Below, piece by piece: positions 36,101 to 47,600 of a DNA stretch of 64,000 nt. The stretch spans positions 310,001-374,000 of the forward strand of contig DF236970.1 in the NCBI GenBank assembly GCA_000708835.1, read 5' to 3'. A program made the position numbers and the translations under genes. This DNA comes from Klebsormidium nitens (Eukaryota; Plantae; Klebsormidiophyceae). The notes beneath the pieces were generated by a model. The model worked only from the letters and a program-made list of their open reading frames with translations, ran no database searches and had not been told where the DNA came from. How positions within the stretch are numbered: the first letter of the stretch is position 1; every line of letters starts with the position of its first letter.

Positions 36101-38980
36101 TGCACGCGCTGATGGGCGCGCGTATGAAGGCCGGCAAGTGGTAGGAGGTGCTCGCTCGTTTCCTGCGGATGAGGGAGGCGCACCCAGACCACCCTAATCT
36201 TCGTATCTAACAACTAGCATCTTCAATCTCTCTCACTTCCATCGATTCGTTACTTGATAGTTCGTGTTCCACGCGCTGATGGGTGCGTGCGGAAAGGCGG
36301 CAAGTGGCAGGAGGCCCTCGCCCTCTTCACGGCGGATGATAAAGGCGGCCCTTAACAACCTGCTCGGACCCTCTTTCTTTCTAGTACGTCCAAATCCTCA
36401 AGTACCCCAAAACCCTCTATCAACAGGTGGTGTTCCATGCGTTGATGGGCGCGTGCGGAAAGGCCGGCAAGTGGCAGGAGGCGCTCGCTCTTTTCCGGCG
36501 GATGAAGGAGGCGCTTACGGACGAGCCGCCCGGTGTGCTGACGTACAGCATCCTCTTCGACGCGTGCTTCGGGGCGCAGGGCGCGGAGGCGCTGCTGAAG
36601 GAGGCGCAAAAGGAGGGGAAGCGGCTGGAGATTACGCAGGGTAGGTCGCGGGGTTCCGGTTGTGGCAGAGACGTCTGCAGTTTGGGAGCTAGAAATTGAG
36701 AATGCGAAATTTGGATTTCGGTGATCCGCATCTGGATTTCTGATCTGAGAGGACGAATAACGGGATTGGGGCTTTTGGTTCGAGGGAAAGCCGGACCTGC
36801 GGGGCGCGACTCGGAGGGATGATGCGTTCGGATCCAACGGTTGGGACTCGAGAGGTTCGCGAAATTGAAGGTTGAGGTTCGGGGGCGCGGATATCTGTTG
36901 CCAATACCCGAGATAGAGTTCCATCCAGCTTACTGGGGCGTGGCGACTTAACACAAAACGGAACAAAAATGGATTAAAGAAGGCTTTCTGGTTCCTAAAA
37001 TGATACCACACTGTCACGCGCTGATGTCATCTTCTGGCGACCAGGCTACTGCTCCTATGGAACCCTTGTTGCTTTTGACGTCACATCGCATGCGTCCGTC
37101 TACACTCTGTTCAACGGCACGTTCAGAAGCACCGACATACGCTATCATAAAGACACCTCTAGAACTTTGGAGGATTGCGTCCGACCTTACGGCAACCTTT
37201 GCACTTGCTTGTCTCGAGTTGCTTTCATTGAAGCGCACCTCGCATGTCAGTCCTCACCGTCGTGATTGAATCGTCATCGGTGAACCTCTTGCAGGGATAA
37301 AGGCCGCGCTGAATCTGTATAGAGAAGGGCAGACGGCGGGCGTCTTCAAAAACTTCAGCGAAGATGATCTTACCAGGTAACTCTTACAACGTCAGCACAG
37401 GCATTTGAAGTCAGTGCGGGCGCCAACTCTTGATTTGACCTTTTCTTGGTTCCGTATCGACCAAAGTAAAGAGACGACACAACGGCAGCCAAAATTCAGC
37501 TTGTGCATCCTTTGAATGTCAGTCGGAAGCTGTAAGATCACGGGTCTGGCAACGCTTCCCGTGATCCGGTTCAGTCAGCCCACGTCCCTCAAATTGTGCA
37601 TCCTTTTAAGACAATAGGGCTTAAAAGGCCAGCTCGTCTCTGGCTCTTCAGAGCCTGCCAGTAGGTGCCGACAGACCTATGCCTGAAGCATAAAGAATCT
37701 CGGGTGAAAGGTACCTTGCCTCCAGCGCTTTGTCTCGACCAGGGGGAGCCTTGAGCAAATGCTATCTGTGCTCAAGGCAGAAACGGCAAGTTTGTTCTCA
37801 CCCCATGAGTGCGCTCCGTGAGTAACAACCTTATGCTGACTAGTACGGTCCGCTTGTCCGCAGGTGTGACATTCGGACGCTGTCACGGTCCGGAGCCGTG
37901 GTCGCGTTGCTGGCGCTGCTCGACCGGCTAAAAGAAAAGCCGCCCACTCTAGATCTGGTCGTGGTGACCGGGAGCGACAAGGCCAAGGTGAGCTCGACGT
38001 TCGATTTTGCGTCACACTTGCACAATCCGAACACCTTGTGTTTGTAACCGACACCATCTCTCAGGCTTGGCAACGTTCCTACGAAGTCGAACCACAATCA
38101 TCTCCGGACCTTTTTGCTATGTTGACGTGGGATCCTGAAGTCCTAGGACCGGCTTCAAAAGCCCTCTGAGAAGATTTTACATCCGTCCAGAACGTTGCGC
38201 GCGCACTTACGTGGATTGAGCTTGATTGAGAGCACAACTGAGTGTCAATCAAGTCGTTTTGAGCATGGGAGACGTGGGCCTTTTATTGCCGTCGTACAAC
38301 CAACCAAGACCGAACAGTCCTTAAGTGGCTCCTTGATTTCCAATTGCTCGGCATGTCAGACGTTCGGCAGCGACACTGAGCCCGGAGTTGAAAGTGCTGA
38401 GGAGCCAGTTGGGAATGATTCAGGCAGATGTTTGCTTAGGACATGGTCGAAATATCTTGCTAAGCTGTAGATGCTATCATGATTGGGATGAGATCTAGAC
38501 CCACCCCCCTTTATGTTTTCTTGCCGTGACTAACTGTTTGAAGCTTGCTCGGTTTCAAGGAAAGTCGCGTGTCAGTGAGAAGAACCTGGGACTCGATGAT
38601 GTACGAATTGGCAAGGGAGCCAAAGATTAAGCCTTCGTCCCTCCACTCTGATTTGACTAATAGAACGTTTATTCCTCCTTTGTGAGCAGGCGTTCATTGC
38701 TCGAGGGGCCACGAAGAAACCGACCGGGGGCCGGTTACCAAAGCTCGCGGAAATCGCTTTGTCAACGTTCAACGCACTGCAGCTGCCGTGCAAACCTTTG
38801 ACCACTTTGACGTTCCAAGCATTGACGGTAGAAGCCCCCGCGCTGCAGAAATGGTTACAAGGGGGAATTGAGGGAGGGGAGTCGCTAGCACGTCAGCAAA
38901 GTAGTGTAGAGTCCGCTGTCGGTAAGGCGCCGGAAGTGCTTGTAGGCAACAAGGGGACGATGGAGGCGCTTGCGACTTAG
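30146..38980 (+). CDS. P-class pentatricopeptide-repeat protein with a C-terminal Smr-like domain, probably plastid-targeted, about 738 aa, 13 exons
   Basis: Exons 30146-30279, 31068-31341, 31724-31900, 32539-32640, 32992-33101, 33523-33643, 34179-34478, 35063-35200, 35627-35776, 36427-36640, 37295-37376, 37864-37987 and 38690-38980; phases close to 2217 nt. About 10 PPR motifs, e.g. TFAALVTVC..ERALVVYDAMKQAGIK, VFNTLLSAA..KALEIYALMAQAGIKAN, TYSALVAACGKAGDASRALAV, VFHALMGACGKAGKWQEALALFRRMKE. Smr-like CDIRTLSRSGAVVALLALL..LVVVTG. The N-terminus is Ser/Arg/Ala-rich and transit-peptide-like. Confidence 0.9.
31840..32255 (+). repeat. Diverged tandem copies of the 3' end and donor of PPR exon 31724-31900
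   Basis: Copies end at 32005 and 32137, plus a fragment at ~32219-32252. Confidence 0.85.
36090..36520 (+). repeat. Diverged tandem copies of the 5' end of PPR exon 36427-36640
   Basis: GTGTT(C/G)CA(C/T)GCG(C/T)TGATGGG.GCG..GGCAAGTGG(C/T)AGGAGG.. copies begin at ~36097 and ~36261; period ~165. Confidence 0.9.
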
Positions 38981-39978
38981 CTTTTGTCTAGACTGGGTTA
39001 TGCCAGGTGTGGCTGTATTCTAGTTTGTTTTCATTAGGTAATTGCAGGTGATCAGCATGCTTTGGTTTGCGAGATCTGTTGGAAGCGAAAAAACCAACTA
39101 GTCAGAATCGTAGGCATCTACAATGGGCCTCATTCCATTCTTTCCAATGTCGAGCATCCTCTAACAGGTCAGTACCTGAAAGGATCGATCGACAAAGATT
39201 GTTCTTGCAGCTTTCGAAGCACATCCTGTTTGCGCCAGACAGAATTGCGCCATGTGGCGCGGCTCAGCTGCATCACAGGCCGCTTTTAACCGCCCTCAGG
39301 GCACGGGTTGTGGACTGAGCTCCAGGTTGCGGAACGGCGGGGCCTGTTTGACACCATCCAACATGATCGACTCTTTGTCAGACCGGCTCTGGCATGCTAC
39401 ATTCAGCGGCTGTATTCTTTGTTCCTAATCAACTTAAGTAAGGGCAGGGCGGCTAGGCGGGCGAACTTTCCAATTTGCATGCTAGTGGGGGTACCGTCCT
39501 GATCGACATTATGGTGCACGCCGTTGCGACTTCAGCGTGGGTTCGCGCACAAAAACATTCCAGAGTACAGCTAGCCATAGTAAGTAAATAGATAAACATC
39601 TCCCCCATGTCATGCGCGCATGTTCATTGACTTGGAGCGTGAGTCTGAATGCTGGCATCCTAAAGCTGATCGAACCATCCCAACCATGCCCTGACCGTCG
39701 GACGAGTCTCGTAAGCTTCCTGTTGATTCGAAGCACCTCGAAGTGCATGTTCGAGTCCGAGCTCCATGCAACGTGCTCAGCCTGTCTGCCTAGCTGGCCT
39801 TTAACATGGTGAGAGTCTGACGCCACATGCGCACGACTCGGACGTACAGGCCCGACTTGTGCATGACGGCCGGGGAGCGGCGAACTACCGGGGGGTCGGG
39901 CCGGCCATCGCCGCAGGCGATGGGTGGTCGGGCCCGCAGGGCCCGACCCCTTGGGCCTCCTCAAACGTTTCACTAAGG

Positions 39979-40070
39979 TCAATCAATTTCAATCAATCAA
40001 TTTATTTTATAGTCCCGTAGGAGCCATGGGTGGCTCATGAGACAAGGTCTGAATGTAAGTCAACAAGGTA
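39979..40070 (-). mobile_element. Possible 3' end of a non-LTR retroposon (stem-loop, AATAAA, (TTGA)n tail)
   Basis: On the minus strand: stem-loop GAGCCA-CCCA-TGGCTC (40021-40036), then AATAAA (40001-40006), then five TTGA units (39979-40000). No TSD or 5' end was identified. Confidence 0.35.
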
Positions 40071-40913
40071 AGTCGGTCTTTTGGCAGTGGTATGACCTAC
40101 ACGCGAGCAATCACCGCAGAGGAACTCTACAGAGGTTCCGTAAATTTCAACCTCGTCTGCATGGCATTCGAAGGTGACCGTCGGGCCAGATCCTATCAAA
40201 ATCGAATCGGGAAGCTAATAGGGATTATCGGTCTTTTACCGCGCCGGCACTGCAAATTCAATTTGAATGCAGCGTGACTGTCCTGGCAATGGGCATCACT
40301 GTCAGCGATTCAGCATGATGCTCTTCAGCTCCTGTTCTAGTAGGTACGCAGGCTTGACGGCGCACTTGGAAAGCGCATAATAAAGTTAATATCATGCAAG
40401 ACTTATCGGTATTCAGCCGGCAGTGACTTCTCATCCCTTGCCATAGTTGAATGCAACGTTTTCGTTAGTAGTACTGCCAGGATTGGACTTTATCTCACTT
40501 TCCAATGATACAACATCTTCCTTTCGGGACACGTTGCATTATGATGGCAAGGTCGGCAATGGGCATGCTGTGACGCGACTCGGATCTTAGCTGAATGTAG
40601 ATCCCAGATCCGGATTGCGTCACATGGTGGGTCTGCCACATGACATGCCAGGTGATTTTTCATGCTCATGTTGAAGGACAGACCACCATACAGTGATGTG
40701 CTCCGCATTTCAAACGATCGAAGCATATGCTTGCTAAGTCGTATTATCTTTCACTGGACACGCTCTGGATGACTACGTTTACATTGACCAACGGCGGCGC
40801 TATTCCGGTCGAGGGGCTGGCAACGCACCCGAGTGTCAACGATGATCCACGGCAAGATTTGAATAGCCAATGGTGCTACTTTTCATCCGCTGTGATACAG
40901 CTCAAGCTTATAC

Positions 40914-42513
40914 CCTGTCCTTCTTGTGCCATCTGCTCCATGTTCTTAGCAGATCTCATAGGATGGCTCAGTTCTTGAAAGCAGACCTAGATGTTGACCC
41001 TCCGATGTGCACTTCATGCACAACTTCATTCGACAGATCTACGCACACCTGCAAGGAAGGGAAACTGTATGTTCAAATGCGAGGCACGAAAGGGGCTCAA
41101 TAGCATGCTCTGTCAGGTTGACTGCTGCCCAAAGTGCATCAGCAGAATCCGTGCAGGCAATCTAGATGACTGTAGGCATGGTTTCCTTGGTCGATTTTCA
41201 GTGCCAAGAAGATTCACAGAAGTTGCGCCGGAATGATCATAAGCAATGCTGATGATCCTGGTCATTGTCAAGGGCTTCTCATATCCTTGACAAAGCCTAC
41301 AGTGCACTTGTGGGCCCGGGATTCATTCTGAAGTGTTGCCCATTGAAGCAAGTCAATGAACGTGCCAATCAGTCTTGCGCTGGCAAACTAGAAAGTTTCC
41401 AACAACCACGAAGCAGAGATATCAACGGCGGCTGACCTGCTGTAGTGCATGGAGCACTAGATGCTTGAGGTGGGCGGAAGCAACCGGGCGTCTGCAATTC
41501 TTGAAAAAGAAGAGCATTTTGAATCTGTATGAAGAGCAACCAAAAAGGAGTGGGTATTATGATGTATTGAGCATCAAAAAGAAGACCAGTAAGGATCAGA
41601 CCCACCGCAACAGCATATGCCACAAAGAAAGGATCGGAGAGAAGATAGAGAGACAGGGTGATTTGGCAACAATCTGGGTGATTTCGAAAAAGCTTATTTA
41701 CCACTTGAGAATCGTCTCCACTTTACCCACACTAAGCACTTTGTTCCAGCGGTTTTGAGAGTATCAGTTGCAAAAGTGATCACTGAGAGCCAGCCAGAGC
41801 CTGTTCACATGCTTGGAATATAAGGTATCTGCACACCTGGGCATGTGGAGATGTCCTCGTTCTGCATTGAAGTTATAAGTCCTACCGGCCAGCTCTCAGA
41901 AGGCCTGCCGCTGGCGGGATCTGAGACGACCTGACATTTCAGGTACTCAAATCTGCATAAGAAGCAATGAGGAATTGAGAGATCAATCGTAAAAAGTGCA
42001 AAGAAAGTTTGGATCTGTGTCAAGACTTTTCAAAGAAGCATTCTGATAAAGCGCATCCTCCTGGCGCATGGTGCAGGTTGCACCGACTTCCACCGACTTC
42101 CTGAAGGGGAGACGGAGAACCAAAAGAAAAGCAAAAAGTGCTCGAGAGACTCACGGCAGCATGGGTGCAAATCTTGGCCCCCACCTGAACACGTTGAAGC
42201 CACGCTTCTTTTGCACCAGAGTGCACTCTGTTTTGGAAGGCGGACCTGCGGTGGTGCTCTGCGTGACCCCAGCCAAAGCTGAACTGCGTCAAGAATGCAT
42301 TGGATCATGAGTTGATGAGATGCATTCTGATATGTCCACTTACTATCCAATATTTGCGTCGGCTCTTCTGATGCATAAACGTGAGCTACACCCTGTCACA
42401 GGTCCCTGTATGTCTCTAGCGAGGCGTATTTCAAACTACTTACAAGTACCCAAGTCACCAATGCATAAGCAAAGGACCTTTCACCAGATTATCATTCTTT
42501 CGCGTGCAGAAAG
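40914..42513 (-). pseudogene. Decayed intron-containing gene with premature stops; Cys-rich, possibly a CxC/KDZ-type transposase relic
   Basis: Exons 42513-42444, 42283-42155, 42100-~42030 (donor not found), 41952-41837, 41491-41301 and 41048-40914 have GT-AG borders and matching phases at every resolvable junction. In-frame stops occur at 42457 (TGA), 41459 (TAG), 41390 (TAG), 40970 (TGA) and 40958 (TGA). The family assignment is weak. Confidence 0.55.
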
Positions 42514-43435
42514 CTGAAACAGGTCTAGGTACAAAGCTGAAACAAGCTCGGCACAGACCTTAAGAGACGCTCAGTCGTACTCTTGAGCGCAACCCTGCGA
42601 TCCAGGAGCCAGCATCTACGTCTCAGGCTGCAGAGCCTGCGGATGGTTGTAGCGTTGGATGTAAGTGCTTGGATTCAAAACTCCAAAATCGAACGACCAG
42701 CGCTTGAGCTTTTTGCAGTCCCGCAACATTCCTACTCTTTCTGACCAGCCCAAACATAAGGAATACTTTGAGCAGCTCTGCCGCATCTGGAGTCTGAGAA
42801 GAACTAAATAAGCGCGATCCAAAAGCCATCGCTTTCTTGCGCGCAGGCTCCCTTTTTGGAGAACCCATTGCATTGCCATGGCGCCGCTGCCTAAGAAACA
42901 AACAGAACTTATGCGCCGTTGAGCTTTTCAGCTAGCAAGCCTTCTTGTGCATTTCTTCTGCCTGCCAGTGCAGGGGAGGCGCGCCTCAGGCTGTGGTTGA
43001 TTGATTGAATCTGCAATGCTGGTTCATCGACGACCGTGGCAGCCATGCCAGCGTCGCACCATTTACTCCATTTTAAATTGCACCCACAGATGTCTGGAAC
43101 TTTGGGAAGTTTTCCGAACCGTAGATGAGAATGCAAAGTTGTTCAAGGCGTCGGATTGAAAACTTCTGCACTAAAGTCAGAGACGTCCGCTGTCAGACAG
43201 AAAGTTGTCTGAACCATCCGATCTTCCAGAGAAGTTTTTGAAGAAGTTGTTGCATCCGCAGATGAAAGTTTCTGAAGTTTGAAGGGCCGTCCGATGGGTC
43301 TGCACAAAAACTTCTGATTGGTCCGGCGGGCTCGACGCTCAAAAACTTCGCCGTGCGCGGGGCGAAGCCCAGAGTCCGAGTCTTCATTCAGCCAGTGCAA
43401 CATGGCGGCCGGCCGAACCCTGAGGTTGCAGAATT

Positions 43436-43859
43436 NNNNNNNNNNNNNNNNNNNNNNNNNNNNNNNNNNNNNNNNNNNNNNNNNNNNNNNNNNNNNNNNN
43501 NNNNNNNNNNNNNNNNNNNNNNNNNNNNNNNNNNNNNNNNNNNNNNNNNNNNNNNNNNNNNNNNNNNNNNNNNNNNNNNNNNNNNNNNNNNNNNNNNNNN
43601 NNNNNNNNNNNNNNNNNNNNNNNNNNNNNNNNNNNNNNNNNNNNNNNNNNNNNNNNNNNNNNNNNNNNNNNNNNNNNNNNNNNNNNNNNNNNNNNNNNNN
43701 NNNNNNNNNNNNNNNNNNNNNNNNNNNNNNNNNNNNNNNNNNNNNNNNNNNNNNNNNNNNNNNNNNNNNNNNNNNNNNNNNNNNNNNNNNNNNNNNNNNN
43801 NNNNNNNNNNNNNNNNNNNNNNNNNNNNNNNNNNNNNNNNNNNNNNNNNNNNNNNNNNN
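43436..43859. other. Assembly gap (424 N)
   Basis: Run of N. Confidence 0.99.
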
Positions 43860-44254
43860 CAGTGGCGGCGGCGGTTCTTCCAATGATGCCATGACGCGCA
43901 TAGAACAGCTCCAGTGCTTTCACGAGCGCCTTTCATTGTGCTGATCAAAAGTAGAGGAGGTATCTGAAACGACCTTCAAGTTCAGTTGTTTAAAAGCTGC
44001 AGGGAAGACACTAGTTGGTGAAGAGGTGAAGGTGCGAAGTGCAGAAGTGAGAGCAGGGCGAGGGGTGGCGTTCAACAAGTTTGAGTGAAGGGAGGAAGCT
44101 TGAGACCTGGAGTAGTCAGGGATTTCGAGATTTCTGAAGCTCTGAGAGTCAGAAGCATGCTTGCAGGGCTTTGCAAAAGGAATATCTCAGCTGGTGAGCA
44201 GAATTTGGGTTTCCGCCTCAAGCCCGAAGGCAGCAGCTATCAATCGACGCAAGC

Positions 44255-46079
44255 ATGCAGCGGCCAAGCGTTTACGTTGGTGTGCCAGAGCCGAGCTCTG
44301 GCTACCTCTCCAAAGCCTCCCCACGCCATGCCTCTCCAGCCTATGCTGCTACTGAAATCGTGGAAGAGCAGCTGGTGACCAGCCATGAGAAGCCGGCCGT
44401 AAAAAAATCTGTGTGGTCTATGAAGCCAGAGGAGACGGTGCATCTGATACCTCTCATATTGGTGCTGAGCGGTCTCATTGTGAGCCTCCCAACGTTCTAC
44501 AATGCATACCAGGGTGAGTTTGACTTCTGCACCGTTTGCTCTCTTACTCATCTGCAAGTAAGGAAATGTCTCTACAAAAATCTATGGGAGAAACATACAA
44601 TTCCGCCTCTGTGAGAAACTCCTCTTTCCAAAGGTTAAGAGTGCTGCAATCGCTCAAGAGTCTGAGTTCCACTGCCTCTGGTGTGTGATGTGATTGTCCT
44701 TTCTACAAACAGCTGAAAGTACGTGGAGATCTGAAGCCCTTCGCAAAGGTCAATTGCTATCTGGAGTTTGTTTGGACTGTTTTAGTTCCACAGAATCTGA
44801 GTTGTCTCACATTCTGGAAACCATATTGCAACTCGTTCACTTTCTGCAGAGAAACCGAAATCCCTCTGGACCTCTGAAAACGTTTCAAACCATGCTGGGG
44901 TGCCATGTCTTCCTGACTCGTCCATCAGACAGAGTCATCTGACTTGGGAGCCTAAGAAAAGCTTGGCAGAGATTGTTGACTGGAAGCTTCTGCTTCAGAT
45001 GAGAACCACTTTAACCTGAGCTCTGGGGTTGGTCCCATGTTAGTGGAATGAGCTTTGGAAGCCTGAGTATGCATGACATGGGGCACTTTTTGTGATTTCT
45101 GGATAGGATTGTCCTAGTTGACAGCAGCTGTTCCGATGAACTTGCTTCAAAGCCCTTTCATACTCACAGCTTGCCGTTTAGACTCATCTACAAGTTGGTG
45201 AAGTTAGTAAGGTCGATCTTCAGAAGCTTTTCATTCTGAGCTGACTGTCCGAATTCCACATAACGTGGCTAGATTGATGCTGACATACAGGACTATTTCG
45301 CTTTTGATTTTCTGCAGGCAGGGGCCACTCCTCGGCCCTACTTTGAAGCTCCCCAACCAAGCATGATTGACAGCTGGCCGTGAACCTTTTGAGATACTCA
45401 ACAGATCTCACTGCGAATCGAAGACAAGCTGGCACCAGCTAGCTATTATGGTTAGGGAACACAATCTGAGCTCCAATGAGGTTCTGTCACACAGTACTCT
45501 GTGGTAGGACAGATTTGACACCAACTCCCAGGATTCACCTGCTAACAAATTGTATTTGTTTTTTTGACAGGCTTGCCCCTCAGCACGACACACCGCTTGG
45601 GAGGCTCTTCTGCAGTCCAGATGCAGAGCATGGCGTCAGGCGACTCCATTCTGATCCATCCTGAGCTGGGGCGCAGCGTCAGGGACGCTTCCTACGAGGC
45701 GCTGAAGCTCTCGGCGAGTCAGAAAGACTGGGAGGATGCGCAGCCGTCTGAGGAGGTGGTAGCCCTGCGGAAAGCGGAGAAAGAGCTCAAGAAGAGGAAA
45801 GTGAGGAGTGCAGGCCTCGGTGCAATTTTCAAGAGCGCAAAGACGGGGGATGCTGGCATCGAGAATGTTGTTCAGAAGGTTGGGGACGCTGTGTTTGAGA
45901 CGGAGGAGAAGAGCGTCGCGGCGGGAGGGGAGAGAATTGCGGCAGCAATAAAGAAGATCGACCCGACCAAGAAGGACAAGAAAAAGGGTGGAAAGCAGGA
46001 AAAGAAGAAGAGCACAACTAAGGGGGAAGGAAAGAAGAAGGGGCAGAAGACAGCGGGAGAGGGGCGACCGGAGCATTGA
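44255..46079 (+). CDS. Single-pass transmembrane protein with a Lys-rich C-terminal tail, 2 coding exons
   Basis: Exons 44255-44513 (CAG G|GTGAGT) and 45571-46079 (TTGACAG|GC) join in phase 1. The TM segment EETVHLIPLILVLSGLIVSLPTF resembles a small uncharacterised plant family recalled as 'AVHxIPxxLxLCxLIL'. The C-terminus is KKDKKKGGKQEKKK. The start codon is uncertain. Confidence 0.65.
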
Positions 46080-47600
46080 GTTTGTAGACGGCCGGAAACA
46101 GAAGCGGACGACCGAAGACTTTTACTGACAGTATCAGTTGTCGTATCTGAACGGGTTGGATAACAAAAAATCTAACTAACGGATATTGTATGGGGTAAAG
46201 ACGAATCTGCCTGTTGGATCCGAGCCTGGGCCAAAGGAGCTGCACTTAGTGAATGAAAGATTCTCTGCCAAGGCTGGGTGGGGTGTTCTGACTTGGAAGT
46301 ATCTGTCACGGACATCCGACGCAGCCCTTTGACATAGAGATTCTGCTTTATAAATGCATGGGACGAAGAAAAGAAATGCCGCACGTAGCGAGGCCATCTA
46401 CAGATACATAGAACCGGTAAGCTTACAATGGAGAATCTCAAAAAGCAGGCTGGCGGTAGAGTATGAGATGCACTTGTGCCCCCAATTGAAGCATAAAGTG
46501 GCAAGTAGTCAAAAGGAGGCCGATGCGTTCGTTGAGTCTCTGCCGCCTTCACGAAAGACAGAGTAACTGTATAGGTATGTACAAACATCGTATTAAATGA
46601 CTGGAGCAAGTCGCACAGGATGCGCACAGGAATCGGTAGACACATACTGATTCTCGTGTAGTGAGACACAATAAGATCAATACAAGGACCAATATATGAT
46701 TTAGACAGAACTGCCTATGAGTGATAATTGGCATGGGGGCCAGCCAGCTTAATTACCGGCCTTCTGATTGAGCCTGGTGTGCTAACTCTTAATCACCTCG
46801 GTGAGTAAGTTCGGACTGGCATCATGCGCCGACTCTCCAATCTTTACGCCAGCCCAAATCGATCGTCTGAAGATGCTATCATATATGCGCAATCCGTAGA
46901 ATGTATCAGTTGCAAACGTCAAATGCAATATCGAATAGACTGACATCATTGAAAGAGTAAACAACGCTTGGTGCTAATTGAAGCTGCCGCAATAATGTGA
47001 CAGGGCGCGGCACGCGCACTTGAGTGATCGTGCAGGTCTTGAGATCGTCAAATGACTCTGATGATCGAAGCAACATACGGAACTTAATTCCACCCATATA
47101 TGCAGACCTTACACAGGAGCTAAGCTCAAGTTGTGCGCCACACCCGGCATGCCCATTTGTGCTCATTTGAGCTCAAGGATGTGCATCATGCATGTGATGC
47201 TGCTATTCTGGCATGCATGCATGTCCGTAATCCTTCATACTAAACGTTACGTAGATACCCCGGGCCCGGCCGGGCCTGCATTCTCACCTTGCTGCCGCAC
47301 CGATATTGAATTATCTAGTTTCGAATGAAGCCAACCAAATCATCTTAGAAATGATACATACAGCCGCGTCGCTCTGAGGCGAGCATACCCAGCGGGGAGC
47401 GGGCAGATTCTGCATGAGTAGGCTCTAAGAAACCTCCCACGATGCACCGTTCGCCAACACCAGCATGGTGCATGAACGGCGAAATCAGATGTGAGTTGAC
47501 AGATCGCTTTGAGTTACCATCGAAACTGCCAGGCGCTCGCAACAAGAGCTGTGCTTGGAAAGAGCAGCTTTTAAGGCTTGATTACGTAGGAACGTCCAGT

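Noticed and set aside
41680-41697. DFEKAY on the plus strand, resembling a LINE RT motif
   Set aside because: The surrounding RT motifs are absent, and the region is better explained by the minus-strand spliced pseudogene.
45636-46076. Leu-rich minus-strand ORF of 146 aa
   Set aside because: Antisense of the Lys/Glu-rich coding exon 45571-46079.
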